Source: Spirochaetota bacterium
GTDB lineage: Bacteria; Spirochaetota; JAGLSM01; JAKPMW01
Direction of reading: 5' to 3'
Length of the DNA: 31,507 nucleotides
Assembly (NCBI GenBank): GCA_029548715.1
Contig: JAKPMW010000232.1
Span: 1-31,507, forward strand
Shown here piece after piece: positions 26,571 to 31,507 of the stretch. The notes beneath the pieces are model-generated. The model saw only the letters and a program-made list of their open reading frames with translations, was not told where the DNA came from and ran no database searches. How positions within the stretch are numbered: position 1 is the first letter of the stretch; every line of letters begins with the position of its first letter. The position numbers and the translations under genes are program-made.

Positions 26571-28511
26571 ATGAGTTCCATTGAAGTCACACTCCCCGAC
26601 GGAAGCACCCGTTCTGTTGAGAGGGGGACGTCCTGCCTTGAATTTGCCCGAACCATCGGGCGCAAGCTGGCAGAAGATGCACTGGCGGCTGAGGTTGACG
26701 GGGTTTTGCGGGATCTTGGATCGCCGCTCACTGAGTCTGCAACGGTCCGCTTCGTCATGTTTGAGAGTGATGCGGGGCGGGACATTTTCTGGCACTCGTC
26801 CTCACATGTCATGGCCCAGGCCGTCTGCCGTCTCTTTCCGGGAACCAGATACTCGATTGGACCGGCTATTGAAAATGGATTTTACTACGATTTTGACAGT
26901 GAGCACGTGTTTACCCCGGAAGATCTTGTCAGGATCGAGACCGAAATGGCCAGAATTGCATCCGAAAAGATCCCCTTTGTCCGCAGGGAACTGCCCCGTG
27001 ACGAGGCAGTCGCTTTTTTTGCTGAACGTGGCAACACATACAAGACGGAGATTATCAGCGAGTTGCCCGAGGGTTCCATCATTTCGCTCTACGAGCAGGG
27101 GGATTTTGTAGACCTTTGTCGCGGGCCGCACGTGCCCCATACCGGGTATGTCAAGGCCGCCAAGCTGCTCTCGCTGGCGGGAGCGTACTGGCGCGGCGAC
27201 CAGAAAAACCGCATGCTGCAGCGGATTTACGGGATTTCCTTTCCCTCGAAAAAGCAGCTTGACGAATGGGTGGTCCGTTTTGAGGAGGCCAAAAAGCGCG
27301 ATCATCGCAGGATTGGGCGCGAGATGGATCTCTTTTCGTTTCAGGATGAAGGCCCGGGCTTCCCGTTTTGGCATCCCAATGGCACGATTGTGTTCAATGA
27401 GCTCGTGGACTATATCCGCGAGAAGAATACCGCACGCGGGTATGGCGAGGTCCGCACTCCCCCCATCCTCAACGAGTCTCTCTGGCATACCAGCGGGCAT
27501 TGGGACAATTTCCACGAAAACATGTACTTTACCGAAATAGACAGCCAGGGTTTTGCAGTCAAGCCCATGAACTGCCCAGGCGGTCTATTGATCTACAAGA
27601 GCACCCTGCATTCGTACAGGGAGCTTCCGCTCAAAAACGCCGAACTGGGACTTGTGCACCGGCACGAGCTCTCCGGGGTATTGCATGGACTCTTCAGGGT
27701 GCGCAGCTTTACCCAGGATGACGCGCATATTTTCTGCACTCCCGAGCAGATTCGCGAGCAGGTGCTGGATACCATTCGCTATACGACCGAGGTCTACCGG
27801 GATTTTGGATTCCAGGATATCGCGATATTTATCGCAACCCGCCCTGAAAAATCCATCGGTTCGGACGAGGACTGGAATCTTGCGACGGATGCCCTGACAG
27901 GTGCCATGGCTGATGTGGGGATGGAATACAAGATCAAAAAGGGAGAAGGTGCGTTTTACGGCCCAAAGATCGAGTTTAACATCAAGGACAGTCTCGGACG
28001 CAACTGGCAGTGCGGAACAATCCAGGTGGATTTTTCCATGCCGGCCAGATTCGGGATCTGTTATCGGGGCAGCGACGGCAAGGATCACACTCCGGTCATG
28101 CTGCACAGGGCTATCTTTGGCTCGCTTGAACGCTTTATCGGGATCATTACCGAGCATTTTGCGGGCAAGTTCCCGCTCTGGATTGCGCCGGTTCAGGCAA
28201 TCGTGCTGTCCATAAACGATACTGCCCGGGAGTGGACGGGTGCCGTGACAGAAAAGCTCAGGCAGGCCGGAGTTCGTGCCGAAAAGGATGATTCAAGTGA
28301 CAGTCTGGGGAACAAGATCAGGCTTGCAAGGAACCGCCGGATTCCCTATATTTTCATAATTGGCGACAAGGAGCGGGAGACCGCGACTGTTTCCTGGAAG
28401 ACGTATCACGATGACAATGCCGGTGGCGTTCCGGTTGAAGAGGCTGTTCCGGTTATTGTCAATGCGATACGAGGGCGTTCACTTGAACTGCCAAAGATAA
28501 CTGGGGGGTAA
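26571..28511 (+). CDS. thrS: Threonine--tRNA ligase
   Basis: GAGG then ATG 26571; TGS domain; editing motifs HSSSH and DLCRGPH; KRDHRRIG; KPMNCP; LFRVRSFTQDDAH; GAFYGPK; MLHRAIFGSLERF. Confidence 0.99.
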   Translation: MSSIEVTLPDGSTRSVERGTSCLEFARTIGRKLAEDALAAEVDGVLRDLGSPLTESATVRFVMFESDAGRDIFWHSSSHVMAQAVCRLFPGTRYSIGPAIENGFYYDFDSEHVFTPEDLVRIETEMARIASEKIPFVRRELPRDEAVAFFAERGNTYKTEIISELPEGSIISLYEQGDFVDLCRGPHVPHTGYVKAAKLLSLAGAYWRGDQKNRMLQRIYGISFPSKKQLDEWVVRFEEAKKRDHRRIGREMDLFSFQDEGPGFPFWHPNGTIVFNELVDYIREKNTARGYGEVRTPPILNESLWHTSGHWDNFHENMYFTEIDSQGFAVKPMNCPGGLLIYKSTLHSYRELPLKNAELGLVHRHELSGVLHGLFRVRSFTQDDAHIFCTPEQIREQVLDTIRYTTEVYRDFGFQDIAIFIATRPEKSIGSDEDWNLATDALTGAMADVGMEYKIKKGEGAFYGPKIEFNIKDSLGRNWQCGTIQVDFSMPARFGICYRGSDGKDHTPVMLHRAIFGSLERFIGIITEHFAGKFPLWIAPVQAIVLSINDTAREWTGAVTEKLRQAGVRAEKDDSSDSLGNKIRLARNRRIPYIFIIGDKERETATVSWKTYHDDNAGGVPVEEAVPVIVNAIRGRSLELPKITGG

Positions 28512-28523
28512 TGAAGTACCTGG

Positions 28524-29159
28524 ATGGTTAACGATCGCGCGCAGGAAAGACGAATTAATGCCATGATCAGAGTCCCCGAGGTTCGCCTCATTGGACCTGA
28601 GGGGGATCAGCTTGGGGTAGTTGCGGTGCAGGCTGCATTGCAGCAGGCACAGGATGCTGGTCTGGATCTGGTTGAGATCTCGCCGACGGCAAAGCCGCCG
28701 GTTTGCAAGATCATGGACTACGGGAAGTTCCGCTTTGAAGAAGAAAAGCGGATAAAGGATTCTCGCAAGCGTCAAAAGATCATCAAGATCAAGGAAATCA
28801 AGTTCAGGCCCATCACGGATGAGCACGATTTTGACTACAAGGTCAAAAACGGAATCAAGTTTCTTGAGCGTGGTGACAAGGTCAAGTTTACCGTTCGGTT
28901 CCGCGGCCGTGAGATGGCTCATGAAGAGCTTGGTATGCGGGTGATCGAAAAGGTGCGCGAGATCGTGCAGCAAAACATAGCCGTCATCGAGGAGAAGAAG
29001 GCGGCATTTGAAGGTCGAAATCTCATCATGATTATGGCCCCGGCGAAAAAGACCGCGAAGCGGCCCGTATCCGGCGACACGGACGATGACGAAGAGGACG
29101 TCATTGAGGTGATCGAGGAGGATGCGGAACCGGAGTCTGATGATGAGGACGAGGGTTGA
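28524..29159 (+). CDS. infC: Translation initiation factor IF-3 with acidic C-terminal extension
   Basis: RIN..IR..EVRLIG, LDLVEISP.AKPPVCKIMDYGKFRFE, KEIKFRP..DEHD, GDKVK..VRFRGRE. Start is ATG 28524 or possibly ATT 28554. Confidence 0.97.
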   Translation: MVNDRAQERRINAMIRVPEVRLIGPEGDQLGVVAVQAALQQAQDAGLDLVEISPTAKPPVCKIMDYGKFRFEEEKRIKDSRKRQKIIKIKEIKFRPITDEHDFDYKVKNGIKFLERGDKVKFTVRFRGREMAHEELGMRVIEKVREIVQQNIAVIEEKKAAFEGRNLIMIMAPAKKTAKRPVSGDTDDDEEDVIEVIEEDAEPESDDEDEG

Positions 29160-29192
29160 GTTTTCAGCCCAATACATTACTGGAGGAAGTAC

Positions 29193-29390
29193 ATGCCCAA
29201 GATCAAAACAAAACGAGGGGCAGCCAAGCGCTTTAAGGTTACGGCCGGTGGCAAGATCAAGCGCAAGAAGGCTTTCAAAAACCACATCCTGACCAAGAAG
29301 TCAACCAAGCGCAAGCGCAATCTGCGCCAGGGATGCTATGTGACGGACGGCGATTACAGCAAGGTCCGCGCAATGATCCCCTATCTCTGA
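29193..29390 (+). CDS. rpmI: 50S ribosomal protein L35
   Basis: [43 protein letters not shown]; SD GGAGG. Confidence 0.98.
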   Translation: MPKIKTKRGAAKRFKVTAGGKIKRKKAFKNHILTKKSTKRKRNLRQGCYVTDGDYSKVRAMIPYL

Positions 29391-29424
29391 TCGATTTCAT
29401 CCATAACGCACAAGGAGCAGATTC

Positions 29425-29775
29425 ATGCCTCGTTCCATACCTCATTCCGCACGTACCCGCAGGCGCAAGCACCTGCGGCAGTTGACCAAGGGTTTCTTTG
29501 GAACCGCCAGCCGTGGTTTCAAAAAGGCCCGCACTTCGATGATGCGCGCCCTGCGCTTTGCCTATCGTGACCGTCGGGCCCGCAAGCGCGAAATGCGTTC
29601 ACTCTGGATTGTCCGGATCAATGCTGCCTGCCGCATTTGCGGAGGAAGTTACAGCAGATTCATCGGTGCCATGAAAAAGAGCAATATTGTCCTTGACCGC
29701 AAGGTCCTTGCCCACATTGCTGCCACCGATATTGAAACGTTTAAGTCAATCTACCAGCAGGCCGGTATTCGCTGA
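29425..29775 (+). CDS. rplT: 50S ribosomal protein L20
   Basis: KGFFG..SR, AYRDRRARKREMRSLWIVRINAA, SYSRFI..., LDRKVLAHIA; SD AAGGAG. Confidence 0.97.
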   Translation: MPRSIPHSARTRRRKHLRQLTKGFFGTASRGFKKARTSMMRALRFAYRDRRARKREMRSLWIVRINAACRICGGSYSRFIGAMKKSNIVLDRKVLAHIAATDIETFKSIYQQAGIR

Positions 29776-29798
29776 GCCCCGGTCTGGCGGTTTATCAG

Positions 29799-29832
29799 GA
29801 CAAAGGAGCGGCAGCGATGCCGCTCCTTTGTC
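29799..29832 (+). terminator. 15-bp perfect hairpin with GCGA (GNRA) tetraloop after rplT; terminator or RNA-structural element
   Basis: GACAAAGGAGCGGCA-GCGA-TGCCGCTCCTTTGTC; the following tract (ATTAT) is only weakly U-rich. Confidence 0.65.
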
Positions 29833-29909
29833 ATTATACGTACCAGCAGGAACGCCAGACCGTGCACGCAGGAACGTCTGGTGACAAGAATGCTCCTGGA
29901 GGAGACAGG

Positions 29910-30839
29910 ATGGATACGGTATCCCTGATGTCAGGCAGTTTCAGGGCCTCGCCCGCGAAAGGGAGCGGGCCCATGGTGCGGGTTGCTGTTGTCTGTGCGG
30001 CGTGCCTGTGCATGCTGGTTTTTGCCGCTTCCCTTGAAGCTGCCCGAATGCATCATCTGCACACCGGGGACATGCTGGACATGAATGATGTTGCCCTGCG
30101 GACCGGCTTGACTTCAAGCATTACCTCAAGCGGCGAATACCGGCACTGGTTACAAGAAGTCATTTATGGAATTTCAGATGATGTAAATTTTATCCTTGGC
30201 GTCCCTCTCGTTTCACTTGGCGGGATAGACAACTCGCTTATCCTGGGTGATATGGATTTTCAGGTCCAGGCCAGGCTCGCACAATGGGAGACAGAGAATG
30301 CCACCATGTTGTCGTCGGTCTGGCTTCTCGTGGGCTGGCGGGCAGGGCTGGGGGTCGAGAGCGGTGAGGGCAAGACAAACCCCGAAAGTGGGCTTTTGCA
30401 GACCTATGCGCCCTGGGCAACAGGGAGGAGCTCCTTCTGGCTGGGGGGAGGATACTCTTTTCCGTTGGCGGGTCTGGCGGGCCATGTTAACTTCACTTAC
30501 TGGAGCGAGACTGGACGAAGCGGTGACCCGCTTGAGTTTGTTCTCAGGGATGACCACATTGAATTGGGTGGTTCGCTCGAATACACGTTTGAGATCGAGC
30601 CGGAAATATTCGGGAGTCCGGTCAATATCGGCATCAGGCCGTTGTACGAAATGGTGCTCAGGTTTGCGTGGGACGAGTCATCCTCGATGCCGTCACGGCT
30701 TGAAAACACATTTGGAATCTGGCTGCGTATCGGCCCGGTATTCCGGCTGATGGGCGGAATGAATTTTCCGGTAGCCCTTGAGTCGCCCCGGTATCTTAAA
30801 CGGGAGTACTTTTTCAGTATCACTGCGGTTTTCCGGTAG
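29910..30839 (+). CDS. Hypothetical exported protein, predicted outer-membrane beta-barrel
   Basis: GGAGGAG 5 nt before ATG 29910 (alternatives 29817, 29973). Signal-peptide-like VRVAVVCAACLCMLVFAASLEA, many alternating hydrophobic/aromatic strands, C-terminal YFFSITAVFR. Confidence 0.6.
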   Translation: MDTVSLMSGSFRASPAKGSGPMVRVAVVCAACLCMLVFAASLEAARMHHLHTGDMLDMNDVALRTGLTSSITSSGEYRHWLQEVIYGISDDVNFILGVPLVSLGGIDNSLILGDMDFQVQARLAQWETENATMLSSVWLLVGWRAGLGVESGEGKTNPESGLLQTYAPWATGRSSFWLGGGYSFPLAGLAGHVNFTYWSETGRSGDPLEFVLRDDHIELGGSLEYTFEIEPEIFGSPVNIGIRPLYEMVLRFAWDESSSMPSRLENTFGIWLRIGPVFRLMGGMNFPVALESPRYLKREYFFSITAVFR

Positions 30840-30864
30840 TCTTGAGCTGGTTCAGGAGGAACAG

Positions 30865-31507
30865 ATGCAGCAACATATTGATGAGCTTGTCAGCAAGGGA
30901 ATTGAAGAAATCGGCAAGGCGGCAGGCCTGCGGGAGCTCGAGGCCCTGCGCGTGCAGTTTTTTGGAAAAAAGGGAGCCCTGGCTGATCTCCAAAAAATGC
31001 TGGGAAGTCTCTCCCCTGATGAAAAGCCCGCATTCGGTGCCAGGCTCAACCAGGCCAGAACGAGCCTCGGTGAAGCGCTTGAAAGCAGGACAGCACATCT
31101 TTCCGAGGCAGCGCTTGAAGCGCAGCTTGCCGAAGAGATGATCGATGTTTCCCTGCCAGGCAGGGAACAGGGTTGCGGCGGGCTGCACCCGGTCTCTGAT
31201 GTATCGCGCCAGATCTTCAGGATTTTTGAGAGCATGGGCTTTACAGTGCTTGATGGCCCCGAACTTGAGGAAGAATATTACAACTTTGATGCACTCAACA
31301 TCCCGCCCCACCATCCTGCACGTGAAGACCAGGATTCGTTTTATGTGGGTGAGGGGCGCCTTCTGCGGACACAGACTTCGCCGATGCAGATCAGGACCTT
31401 TGAACGCTTCAAGCCCCCCGTGGCAGCAATTTCACCCGGAAAGTGTTTCAGGCGGGATGCCGTGGATGCCACACATCTGCATACGTTTCACCAGGTCGAA
31501 GGGTTTC
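30865..31507 (+). CDS. pheS: Phenylalanine--tRNA ligase alpha subunit, 3' truncated by window edge (absent from the ORF track)
   Basis: AGGAGG then ATG 30865. Manual translation gives RVQFFGKKG, IDVSLPG, GGLHP, GPELEEEYYNFDALNIPPHHPARE.QDSFY, LLRTQTSPMQIR, SPGKCFRRD.VDATH..TFHQVEG. Confidence 0.97.
   Translation, partial: MQQHIDELVSKGIEEIGKAAGLRELEALRVQFFGKKGALADLQKMLGSLSPDEKPAFGARLNQARTSLGEALESRTAHLSEAALEAQLAEEMIDVSLPGREQGCGGLHPVSDVSRQIFRIFESMGFTVLDGPELEEEYYNFDALNIPPHHPAREDQDSFYVGEGRLLRTQTSPMQIRTFERFKPPVAAISPGKCFRRDAVDATHLHTFHQVEGF

Noticed and set aside
29776-30864. pheM-like Phe-rich attenuator leader before pheS
   Set aside because: No short Phe-rich ORF found; a full-length CDS occupies the space.
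1-31507. CRISPR arrays, IS elements, tandem repeats, rRNA or defence systems
   Set aside because: None seen. The inverted repeats are isolated and unrelated in sequence, so they do not form a REP-like family.

Overview
This 31.5 kb window is core bacterial chromosome from a diderm, LPS-making organism. The gene orders tamB-bamA-skp and lepB-like-hemW, plus the RGW variant of the BamA loop-6 motif, suggest Spirochaetota (inference only). Nearly all genes lie on the + strand: a CNNM/hemolysin-family gene (5' truncated), rnr, a cytochrome b5-like lipoprotein, then an apparent 12-gene envelope operon of about 13 kb (exbD, tonB-like, tamB, bamA, skp, lpxD, fabZ, lpxA, ruvX/yqgF, lpxC, DUF192, CBM48-like lipoprotein). 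fabH is the only minus-strand gene and converges on that operon. It is followed by a signal-peptidase-I-like gene, hemW, grpE-dnaK-dnaJ, a Gfo/Idh/MocA oxidoreductase, waaA, tRNA-Val(GAC), thrS-infC-rpmI-rplT, an unknown predicted beta-barrel protein and a 3'-truncated pheS. I saw no mobile element, CRISPR array or defence system. Main observations: (1) an ExbD plus TonB-like pair with no ExbB sits at the head of the TamB-BamA-Skp-lipid A operon, a candidate energy transducer for outer-membrane assembly; (2) the SPase I homologue has lost all three catalytic residues; (3) fabH has no ATG/GTG/TTG for its conserved N-terminus but has AAGGAG 6 nt before an ATC codon; (4) RNase R lacks both cold-shock domains; (5) a likely GnnA next to waaA and a divergent LpxA hint at diamino-sugar lipid A. 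All family calls come from motif recognition by eye; no database searches were run.
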